IMG/VR virus record: IMGVR_UViG_3300012953_000034
Location: 1-59,145 of that record
Length of the DNA stretch: 59,145 bases
Direction: 5' to 3' (one strand)
DNA from: a virus
Lineage: Duplodnaviria; Caudoviricetes
Made by a program: the position numbers and the translations under genes. The notes below the pieces were generated by a model. The model ran no database searches, was not told where the DNA came from, and saw nothing but the letters and a program-made list of their open reading frames with translations. Below are positions 37,213-45,086 of this stretch, piece after piece (the stretch's first letter is position 1; each line of letters opens with the position of its first letter).

Positions 37213-38142
37213 TTACAGTGATGTTATCGTCATTGACGCCCAGTCTATCTCAGCAAAATATGTATAACTTCCATCACCTTCAATTATTCGAGTGTCTGTC
37301 CAAGCGAGAATTCCATCAAGATAAATATTGACTGTAACTTCATTACCACCGTAGAAGTCAGGTGTTGAACCTGTGTAGTCGTGAACCACAACAGTGTATA
37401 CCCCGCCAGCAACTGGATCTGCTATGTTAATATTCTCTGGGCCTGTACCCGGGATGTCATCTAAATCCAAAACGGGATTGTCTTCTGTGTAGCCTGAGAT
37501 ACCCCAATCCATAGGAAACAAAAACTGTGCCGACTCGGTGCAGTTTGAGTAGTAACAATCTGTTCTGGCCTCAAGTGATCCACCGGGTGCAAGGAGGTGT
37601 AGATCCATGTCGTCTTGAAATTCAGACCAGAACATTTCAACCCAGAGATTTTGATCAGGTACTGCTTCCAATGTAATTTCACAAGGAACTGAAACTAAAC
37701 CAGATTCATTAGTCACTATAAGTCTTGCTGTGTATTCTCCTGCAAGCACAGGAGTGAAAGGACCGCGATTAGCGCCACCAAAGGGCATTGTCACTGTTGA
37801 CCCTTCGGGTGCTGATATTAACTGCCAATTATATTGCTCTATCCTCTCGCCGGCCGGATCAAACGAGTCGTCACCAATCCAAGTTGCCACCTCAAAGGGT
37901 GGCGAGATAGGATCGGGCGTGACATCACATATTGCAACGGGTACAGTGGGGCCTGGTTCTTCTTCAGGTTCATCCTCTGGCTCCTCTTCGGGTTCATTAG
38001 CACCCGTATCTATCGGAGGTAACTCTTCAGCATATGCTGTATCAAGTTCGGGGAGTTCTGAACCGGGATCGGCTGACCCAACGCCGCTGAGTTTATAGTC
38101 TGAACATGACAGACTAAGAAGTGTAAACAGTAAGATTCTCAC
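37213..38142 (-). CDS. Lipoprotein with PKD/Ig-like and YfaP/DUF2135-like domains
   Basis: Signal peptide with LSLSC lipobox-like end, EPE linker, PVAIC...SFDP...WQL, DMDLHL...DCYYSNC...LDLDD...GPENINI. Confidence 0.7.
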   Translation of the reverse strand: MRILLFTLLSLSCSDYKLSGVGSADPGSELPELDTAYAEELPPIDTGANEPEEEPEDEPEEEPGPTVPVAICDVTPDPISPPFEVATWIGDDSFDPAGERIEQYNWQLISAPEGSTVTMPFGGANRGPFTPVLAGEYTARLIVTNESGLVSVPCEITLEAVPDQNLWVEMFWSEFQDDMDLHLLAPGGSLEARTDCYYSNCTESAQFLFPMDWGISGYTEDNPVLDLDDIPGTGPENINIADPVAGGVYTVVVHDYTGSTPDFYGGNEVTVNIYLDGILAWTDTRIIEGDGSYTYFAEIDWASMTITSL

Positions 38143-38153
38143 AAAGTCTCCAT

Positions 38154-38954
38154 TTATTTGAAAGTATTTTTGCCCTTGGCGCTACGTTCGGCGGCTTTGT
38201 CTTGTAGCGCCTTGTATGCAATTGACCAAGATGATGGCAAAAGCTGGGTTCCAGTTGATTTTGAATCATAAAAATCGCCTTGCCCTTCCGAACCCCATTT
38301 GTTAAAATCTCTAACTAAATCAGCCAAATCTTGTATCTCCATTGTCTGATAGTATTGTTTTAGATCTTCCTTCTCTGCACCTCGCGTAAACGTGTCTTTA
38401 TATCCATCTGGAAGACTATCATATGGCACATAAGTGATATATGACGCGCCATCGGCTGTCTGTTGTGCCTGACCTGTGCTTTCAATGCTCCCCTTGGAAG
38501 CAAATTCAGTCTCAAGTCGATCCATAGCGATGTTCTTTGCTTTATCGGCACCAACACCCGCTTCTAGATCTGCGGGTATCTCACCTTCTCGAGCGCTGGC
38601 ATCGATAGCTTTTTGGATTGCAGTGGCTCTTTCATCTGATATATTTTGACTAGCATCAAATGCGTTTTGAATTTTTTCCGCTGTAGCCGGCGTAACACCA
38701 ACGCCGTCTAGCTGTTGCACATCTGATGCTATTTCGCCACCAAATGCAATTGCAGCCATAACACCAACAGGCAGCGCTGCTTTTCTAGCAGCCGATTTAA
38801 TCATATCAAGAACGCTTTGCTCAAGAAGGGTTCTTTGTCCTTCGGTAAGTTCGAGATTCATGTCGCGAACTACCTCTGAGATTACCTGTTTGACAATCCG
38901 GAGTTCAACTTCTTCGCGAATAATTTGCCTAAGTCTAGCTTCTGATGTTCTCAT
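38154..38954 (-). CDS. Hypothetical protein with shared N-terminal leader
   Basis: MRTSEARLRQIIREE; hydrophobic segment ALPVGVMAAIAFGG. Confidence 0.6.
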   Translation of the reverse strand: MRTSEARLRQIIREEVELRIVKQVISEVVRDMNLELTEGQRTLLEQSVLDMIKSAARKAALPVGVMAAIAFGGEIASDVQQLDGVGVTPATAEKIQNAFDASQNISDERATAIQKAIDASAREGEIPADLEAGVGADKAKNIAMDRLETEFASKGSIESTGQAQQTADGASYITYVPYDSLPDGYKDTFTRGAEKEDLKQYYQTMEIQDLADLVRDFNKWGSEGQGDFYDSKSTGTQLLPSSWSIAYKALQDKAAERSAKGKNTFK

Positions 38955-39319
38955 TTTTCTTTTTCTAAAAAGAATTCGCTATCGCCATCAAACCGATCAA
39001 GCTTCTGACGCTGTGCATAGCGCTCATCATCATAAACCTTGGCGTTAAAATCAAATTCTTTCATAATCTTTCTAAGTTCGCTTTCAAGCTTGTAAGCCAT
39101 TCTAACTATTCTGGGTCCCTCGGTTTTTCGATCAAATTCGGGACGATTCAAATCTCTTGTATACGCGGTAAATTTATTAAACAGCATAGCCCACTGTTCA
39201 ATCTTTCTCTTGAAAGCATCGTATTTTTCAACTGGAATCTTCAATTCTGCTCCCTCGTCGATAGTTGCTTCAATTTCTTCTTTGATGATTTCTTTAAGTT
39301 GTGTTTTCGTGATTTTCAT
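38951..39319 (-). CDS. Hypothetical protein with shared N-terminal leader
   Basis: MKITKTQLKEIIKEE. Confidence 0.6.
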   Translation of the reverse strand: MKITKTQLKEIIKEEIEATIDEGAELKIPVEKYDAFKRKIEQWAMLFNKFTAYTRDLNRPEFDRKTEGPRIVRMAYKLESELRKIMKEFDFNAKVYDDERYAQRQKLDRFDGDSEFFLEKEK

Positions 39320-39322
39320 TTT

Positions 39323-40261
39323 TTATACCGCCGATAGTAAATCTAGCAGTAAATAGTTGTCTCTATCGATAAAGGATGCAGATTTTTTTCTTTCTCTGAA
39401 TACCTGTTTTGACATTGACCCTACATCCTCATATCCCGAAACATCTATCTTATAAAGCTCAACATCGTAATCCAAAAGCGTTTTAATAATCCGTCTTTCT
39501 TTGTCTGCCGCATCTGGATCGAGCGCGATGTAGATTGGGGTGTCGTTCCGTACAATCTCTCGTAATAATTTGGACCCCTTCCGTAAGGTTGAACCCAATA
39601 TAGGAACAGCATTTCCGGCGACCAGTGCATCAAAAACTCCTTCGACCAATACTAGGTCATTATTCCAGTCAATAAATAGCTCATTAAACACTATATCCTT
39701 CGACGCTCTTGGATTTTTATACTTATAGGAGTCTCCACTATAGGATCTCGCGATAAAGTAGCTACAATCGCCATCATCGTCGAATGATGGTATAATGATT
39801 CTATTACGATATTCTCCGCTAAAGCAGTATCCGATTTTCCATTTTAAAATATCGGAGTCAGTCACCCCTCGTTTTTGTAAATATTTTTGCGCGTAGGTTC
39901 CGGTTGCCGGGGCTGACTCTGCGCAGAGGCTGATGAATTCTGCTGGGAGTTCCACTTTTTCTTTGTCTTCTCTACGGATTGGTTCCATAAAGAGTTCAGC
40001 AAATCTCTCAAGATCTGACCGGTCTGATATTGAGTCCCATTTCTGTAATTGATTATACGTACCATAACTTCTAACAATGCGCCTAATATTACGACCCCGA
40101 TAATCACAAACCCAACACTTATAAGCATTTTTATCCAAGTTAACAGAGAATTTACGTTTGTGGTGATTGCATGACGGGCACGCGAAAAGTAATTCATCGC
40201 CTTTGTCTGAGTAGTTTCCAAGCGTTTCATATAAAATCTTTTTTGCTTCTTTCTTGTTCAT
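39323..40261 (-). CDS. DNA primase (zinc finger + TOPRIM)
   Basis: CPSC...CWVC, YLQKRG, RIIIP, KYKNP, VEGVFD, LDPD, D-V. Confidence 0.9.
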   Translation of the reverse strand: MNKKEAKKILYETLGNYSDKGDELLFACPSCNHHKRKFSVNLDKNAYKCWVCDYRGRNIRRIVRSYGTYNQLQKWDSISDRSDLERFAELFMEPIRREDKEKVELPAEFISLCAESAPATGTYAQKYLQKRGVTDSDILKWKIGYCFSGEYRNRIIIPSFDDDGDCSYFIARSYSGDSYKYKNPRASKDIVFNELFIDWNNDLVLVEGVFDALVAGNAVPILGSTLRKGSKLLREIVRNDTPIYIALDPDAADKERRIIKTLLDYDVELYKIDVSGYEDVGSMSKQVFRERKKSASFIDRDNYLLLDLLSAV

Positions 40262-40275
40262 ATGCCCTCTTATCT

Positions 40276-40304
40276 AATTTATCACAAGCTTATGGAGTTG
40301 TCAA
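40276..40304 (-). promoter_or_regulatory. sigma70-type promoter for primase
   Basis: TTGACA-17 nt-TAAATT with extended TG. Confidence 0.65.
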
Positions 40305-40305
40305 T

Positions 40306-40329
40306 AAAAAACCCCGCCGAAGCGGGGTT
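40306..40329 (-). terminator. Rho-independent terminator
   Basis: AACCCCGC-TTCG-GCGGGGTT plus T run; UUCG tetraloop. Confidence 0.85.
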
Positions 40330-40346
40330 AGTGGGGAGGGCATCTT

Positions 40347-40913
40347 TTATAGTGAGTCTAAAGCTTCGATAATTTGTGCCTTAGTAGAGCGCGTGTTTAC
40401 ACTCAAACCTTGGGCCTTCGCGACCTCAAGAAGTTCGGCCTTTTTCATTGAAGAACTCCAAGGCATAGGAGGAAGTTCATCTTCTACTTCGTTGATTGTC
40501 ACCAACTCAATATCAAAATGAAGCTCCTTACCAGCCAACGGGTGGTTAAAATCAAGAACCACGTCGTCTTCCTTTTCCTCAAGAATTCGAGCCAAGAATT
40601 GGCCGCGGGGGCCATTACCTTGAACTACTTCCCCGATGAGAAACTCAAAATTATCACCAAAGGCACTTTTGGGTACATCTTGGATTGCTTGTTCCTCGCG
40701 CTGGCCGTACGCCACCTCGGGTGGCAATACTATTTGCCTAGTTTCTCCCGGCGACATTCCGATGGTCGCGTCGTTAAATCCGGGAATCATTCGACCAGAA
40801 CCTACTTCAAAATTTAAAAGCGAGCCCCGGGTTTTAGAATTATCGAACTCGGTGCCATCTTTGAAGGCACCTCGATAGTGTACACTGATGTTGTCACCGT
40901 TTTTTACTTTCAT
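40347..40913 (-). CDS. FKBP-type peptidyl-prolyl isomerase (SlyD/SlpA-like) with C-terminal HeH/Rho-N-like domain
   Basis: VHYRG...DGTEFDNS...MIPGF...PPEVAYG...LDFNHPLAGKELHFDIEL; tail MKKAELLEVAKAQGL...TKAQIIEAL. Confidence 0.9.
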   Translation of the reverse strand: MKVKNGDNISVHYRGAFKDGTEFDNSKTRGSLLNFEVGSGRMIPGFNDATIGMSPGETRQIVLPPEVAYGQREEQAIQDVPKSAFGDNFEFLIGEVVQGNGPRGQFLARILEEKEDDVVLDFNHPLAGKELHFDIELVTINEVEDELPPMPWSSSMKKAELLEVAKAQGLSVNTRSTKAQIIEALDSL

Positions 40914-40944
40914 TACTTCTCCTATTATTAATGAAACTTTATAT

Positions 40945-40973
40945 AGTATAAATTGTTATTTAATTATTGTCAA
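40945..40973 (-). promoter_or_regulatory. sigma70-type promoter for the PPIase gene
   Basis: TTGACA-17 nt-TATACT. Confidence 0.85.
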
Positions 40974-40983
40974 GTTTTTTTAT

Positions 40984-41556
40984 TTAATTTTTTGACAATT
41001 TGTGAGTTTCCAAATTCCATCCGGCTCGAGCGATGATAATCGCATCTGCTCTGTCATAGCTTTCTGGTTTTGGGTTACCATGCCTTGTATATTCTATCTT
41101 AAAAGCAGGCTCTGTGTCAAGCAAATGTTTTAAAACAACTTGTTTTGCTTTTTGACCTCGAGGCACTTTGATTCCACAAGTTTTTCTTGCGGATGTGGCT
41201 CCCACATATTCAGGCCTAATTTCAAATATTTCGTACAGAAGCCAAGACACTATGCCATTAAACTTCTGTAGCGTTGCCATGGTCTTTGCTGACGATCCTC
41301 CTGAATTAAAAAATGTGAACGGCTGCTCCACATAAATGTGTTGGATGGGGTATCTTGAATCTCCCCAACTTGGTTCATCGTCATTGTCTAGTTGGTACAT
41401 TTCATAAAGATCTAATATTTTTTCTTTAATCGCAATTGTCTTGTCAAAAATGTTTTTTTGTCTTCTTAAGTCAATCGAATCATAATAAACCAATTGATTA
41501 TCCGCAACAATTGCAAAACCAGTGATACTGGTCGACACATCTACGCCTAAAACCAT
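40984..41556 (-). CDS. RuvC-like Holliday junction resolvase
   Basis: VLGVDVSTSITG, IYVEQP, DRADAIIIA. Confidence 0.85.
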   Translation of the reverse strand: MVLGVDVSTSITGFAIVADNQLVYYDSIDLRRQKNIFDKTIAIKEKILDLYEMYQLDNDDEPSWGDSRYPIQHIYVEQPFTFFNSGGSSAKTMATLQKFNGIVSWLLYEIFEIRPEYVGATSARKTCGIKVPRGQKAKQVVLKHLLDTEPAFKIEYTRHGNPKPESYDRADAIIIARAGWNLETHKLSKN

Positions 41557-41568
41557 TTCTATATTCTA

Positions 41569-42873
41569 TCACATATCCAGTTTTATTTTAAAAGTATAGT
41601 CTTGATTTTCTTCTTTTAATACTGGATCCGCCAGGGTTGCTATTCCGAGCAAGTTTTCATTATCATCATATATAGCAACGCGAGACACATAAACCTGTCT
41701 TTTGAAAGGGGCGTTAAAAGAAGAAAAACTAGAAGAAACTGTGTTTTTTATTCTTCGAACTGGGCTCTCTTCGTAAACTTGAGAACCCGAACGCAACATT
41801 CTTTCTTGATTAAATTCCAAAAAAGTCGGATTGTTTGAGTAGTTTACTTGGCCGCGGCCGGCTTTTGCAAAAAATGTCTGCGTTTGAATTTCGGTCATTC
41901 CGTTAAAATCCATAGTAAACGATGCCGAGGCAAACCTAACATCTGTTATGTTATCAGAATTTATTCCATCGTTTGCGCCGGCGCCAAAATAAATCCACTT
42001 TGATTTAACTAAACCGGCATCGCCGCGGCCATCAAGAAGTGGCAGATTCGTATTATCTATTTCCCAAGATCCGGTGAGAAGCACAACTCCTTCATTGTAC
42101 ATGACAACACCGGCAACCTTACCATTATCTGCTGCAGCGCCCGATACTTGAATGAGTTCTCCGTTTTCTTTAGTATCCCTAATTTCCGCCGCCAAAGTTC
42201 CAGAAATGTAATACTTTAGACTTACGCTGCCTTCATTTATTTTAGATCCATAAAAAATAGATGGAACATATAAAACGTTCAGCGGCTGAAATGCTTTATT
42301 CCAGCCCCCTAGATAAGAAGAACTAACTCGAAAATGCGAACTCAAATAGCCATAGTAGTTTAGCCTATTTTTAAGAGCATAGAAATGCGGATACGCAGCA
42401 GAGCCCGAGCCCACCTGAATGTCTCCAGTGTGTATGTTAATTACATCACTGCGGGCGCCCGGGGCGGGACTCATAAACTCTCTTGTTAGTGACGCCGTGA
42501 GGGGATAATTACCTTTTATGACGTCGCCATACTGGAACTCATTATTGTAGCTTACCTCTCCTACAGTACTAAATGAAGCGCCGGCGCTGTCTTTGTGAAT
42601 ATAAGGAATAATCGGCGGGTTGTCGCCGGTTGTTGAAACATCTTCATCCGCATTAATCGTTACAGTTCCCTGTCTGTCCACGTTATATTCGTATAAGCTT
42701 ATTCCGCCCGAAGTGCTGGAGGTAATATTCAGTATGGAGTCGGAAAAGGCGCCGGAGTGATGTGGGATATTGTTGTAGTATACCTTAGAATTGTATATTA
42801 CAAAGTTAACCGATGGGAAAGTCCTCATCGTGTTTAGCACAATATCGTTTGGGCCAAACTTACGAAAAGACAT
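41569..42873 (-). CDS. Putative baseplate/virion protein
   Basis: C-terminal NYSNNPT...VAIYDDNENLLGIATLADPVLK...KLD; paralogous to the upstream gene. Confidence 0.6.
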   Translation of the reverse strand: MSFRKFGPNDIVLNTMRTFPSVNFVIYNSKVYYNNIPHHSGAFSDSILNITSSTSGGISLYEYNVDRQGTVTINADEDVSTTGDNPPIIPYIHKDSAGASFSTVGEVSYNNEFQYGDVIKGNYPLTASLTREFMSPAPGARSDVINIHTGDIQVGSGSAAYPHFYALKNRLNYYGYLSSHFRVSSSYLGGWNKAFQPLNVLYVPSIFYGSKINEGSVSLKYYISGTLAAEIRDTKENGELIQVSGAAADNGKVAGVVMYNEGVVLLTGSWEIDNTNLPLLDGRGDAGLVKSKWIYFGAGANDGINSDNITDVRFASASFTMDFNGMTEIQTQTFFAKAGRGQVNYSNNPTFLEFNQERMLRSGSQVYEESPVRRIKNTVSSSFSSFNAPFKRQVYVSRVAIYDDNENLLGIATLADPVLKEENQDYTFKIKLDM

Positions 42874-42875
42874 TT

Positions 42876-44006
42876 TTAGTAATCCAATCTAACTCTGATC
42901 GTCAGCTCATTTTGTGGAGTTTTCTTGAGAGGCTCAGATAATTTAGCAGTAGCTAATAATTCATTTCTAGAGTTATACAACCCAACCGTTGTTGCATAGG
43001 ATATTGGCAAATCGGAAGCGTTGTTTTTCACCACAATTTTACTACCAGATGTGTATGTTGGATTTGCACTATAGTTAAACTTATTAACTGGGAGCCTGCA
43101 GAAGTAGATAGTGGAGTTAATCTCGGTCGAGTTGTTGAACGTAATGTTTTTGATTCTGCTCCGCAGTGCATCGACGTTTCCAGAAATAGAGGCAGTCGCT
43201 AGAGAAGCGCCGGCCTTCAGAGGGGTACGGTCATTGGAAGCACTGATAGCCGAACTGCTGTTAAAGTAGGCGCCAAGTGCCGACGCCGAGAGGCCAATTG
43301 CACTCGCAGGATTATTCTCATCAAAAACAGACGAGGAAAGTACCATGATTCCGGCTTGGTAGAATATCACGCCGTGACTAGATGTGTTTAAACTGTTTGA
43401 CGTAGATGCTGTAATGTCATAAAGGACTCCGTAATCTCCGCCTACTGTGTTAGTAGTGCCCTCGCCGGTTGCCGAAGCTTTAATATCAGCTAATACGACT
43501 GGCAATGATGTTGCCGCTAAAGCGCCGCCGGCAGGGTTCGCTTTTCCGCGACCAAGTGTAATTGAAAACGTCCCTTTCTTGATTTGATCTTTTGTTATCA
43601 AACGTGCAAATGATAGAAAAAAGCAGTTCTTCATAGAGCCGGTCGAATCCAGCGTTAAGTCATTCTCAAACAATCTTACAACATTATTAGAACCGGTATA
43701 ACCAAGTAGAACCTGAGAAAATTGATTATACATGTTAATTTTCTTGGTGTTCATAGCATTGACAGAGGCGCTAAGAGCGGAACTCTCGTCATAACCACAA
43801 CTAAGATCGAAGACGTGGTTAGCTGATGAACTCAGGTATGGATAATCGTAAACCGACTGGAACATACCGTGGACAAAGTTTTTGATGTTTTCATCATTAT
43901 ATGTCCCACTGACAACCGCTCCGGTGAGAGGAATAACTTCGTGTAGAATTGTTTTTGTCGTAGTGACATCGGTGTTTACATTTAAAGGTTCGTAAGAAAC
44001 AGGCAT
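42876..44006 (-). CDS. Putative baseplate/virion protein
   Basis: C-terminal FNYSANPT...VGLYNSRNELLATAKLSEPLKK...RLDY. Confidence 0.6.
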   Translation of the reverse strand: MPVSYEPLNVNTDVTTTKTILHEVIPLTGAVVSGTYNDENIKNFVHGMFQSVYDYPYLSSSANHVFDLSCGYDESSALSASVNAMNTKKINMYNQFSQVLLGYTGSNNVVRLFENDLTLDSTGSMKNCFFLSFARLITKDQIKKGTFSITLGRGKANPAGGALAATSLPVVLADIKASATGEGTTNTVGGDYGVLYDITASTSNSLNTSSHGVIFYQAGIMVLSSSVFDENNPASAIGLSASALGAYFNSSSAISASNDRTPLKAGASLATASISGNVDALRSRIKNITFNNSTEINSTIYFCRLPVNKFNYSANPTYTSGSKIVVKNNASDLPISYATTVGLYNSRNELLATAKLSEPLKKTPQNELTIRVRLDY

Positions 44007-44022
44007 TCAATTTTCTCCAATT

Positions 44023-45051
44023 TTATGATTGCGATAATTTTATAATTCTAATAGGTATCTGTAAAGAGGCGTTTGAGGCTAATCCTTGCACGTATACTGT
44101 AGTATCTATATAATCATACAGCTGAGAAGCACCAAATAAGTTTTGTGTGACTGAGCCAAATCTAGAGTAATCCGCTTGGGTAATATCCGTCCGCAAAGAA
44201 AGGTTAAAGGCGACAACTGCCCCGCGGGGGCCCGCAAAGGCAGAAAATTGGCCAGAGATATCGTCCTGATCTCCAGATGACATCTTAATAACACGGTTAG
44301 GCGAGGCGTCAATAATCGCCGAATCATAGTCCGCTAGATTTCTTGCTTTACGCGTATTTTTGGCGCCAGTTAAAGTAACGCTAAATGTTGCTCCACCGTT
44401 CACGTTGTTAGCAAAAGTTACTTGACCTGATGGCCCTAATGCTGTGGATATAAAGCGGCTATCATATTTTACACTAAATTGACTATCCATCAACCCAACT
44501 GATGTAATATACGTTGCTTGGTTTGCTATCGTAGCAGCGAGATCTTGAGTTTTTAAACCTGTCTCGATAACTAATTTGTTCGTACTAATGGACCCTTCGT
44601 CTAAAATATTTCTCTGGTTGGCTCCCATCTCGATCATTTTTTGAGCAGTATTCAATCCCTGGGAAGTGGTTTTAGTATTGTCTGCTAGGAAAATAACACC
44701 ACCGCCGGCAGAATCAGTAGCAGAAAACTGCACAATTTGAGAATCAAACGTTTTTTGGTTTACTTCTGCACTGGGAAGGTATAGAAGATCTTGACGCGGA
44801 TAAGAAACTAAGCCATAGTTAATGTTAGCATTCATCTGTGTGAAGGCTTCAAAAACTGGGGTCTGTAAAATCTCTAGGTCATAGTACGCCGAGCCGGATG
44901 GATGATCTTTATTGTACAGCCCATAATCAATTTCATCGTCTCCAATAGTAAATTTAGTAATTCTAAAGTTACCATTTGCCATTCTTTTGCGGCCAACGTC
45001 AGTCAAAACTGCGTCCAGAATAATGTCTCCGGAGTTATCTAAAAATGCCAT
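44023..45051 (-). CDS. Putative baseplate/virion protein
   Basis: N-terminal DAVLTDVGRKRMANG...ITKFTIGDDEIDY; GAGG SD and ACTATTTATA motif. Confidence 0.6.
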   Translation of the reverse strand: MAFLDNSGDIILDAVLTDVGRKRMANGNFRITKFTIGDDEIDYGLYNKDHPSGSAYYDLEILQTPVFEAFTQMNANINYGLVSYPRQDLLYLPSAEVNQKTFDSQIVQFSATDSAGGGVIFLADNTKTTSQGLNTAQKMIEMGANQRNILDEGSISTNKLVIETGLKTQDLAATIANQATYITSVGLMDSQFSVKYDSRFISTALGPSGQVTFANNVNGGATFSVTLTGAKNTRKARNLADYDSAIIDASPNRVIKMSSGDQDDISGQFSAFAGPRGAVVAFNLSLRTDITQADYSRFGSVTQNLFGASQLYDYIDTTVYVQGLASNASLQIPIRIIKLSQS

Positions 45052-45066
45052 TTAATTTCCTCTCTC

Positions 45067-45076
45067 TATAAATAGT
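45067..45076 (-). promoter_or_regulatory. Putative late promoter ACTATTTATA
   Basis: Same motif, upstream of the baseplate-like operon. Confidence 0.6.
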
Positions 45077-45086
45077 CTTGGTTTTT

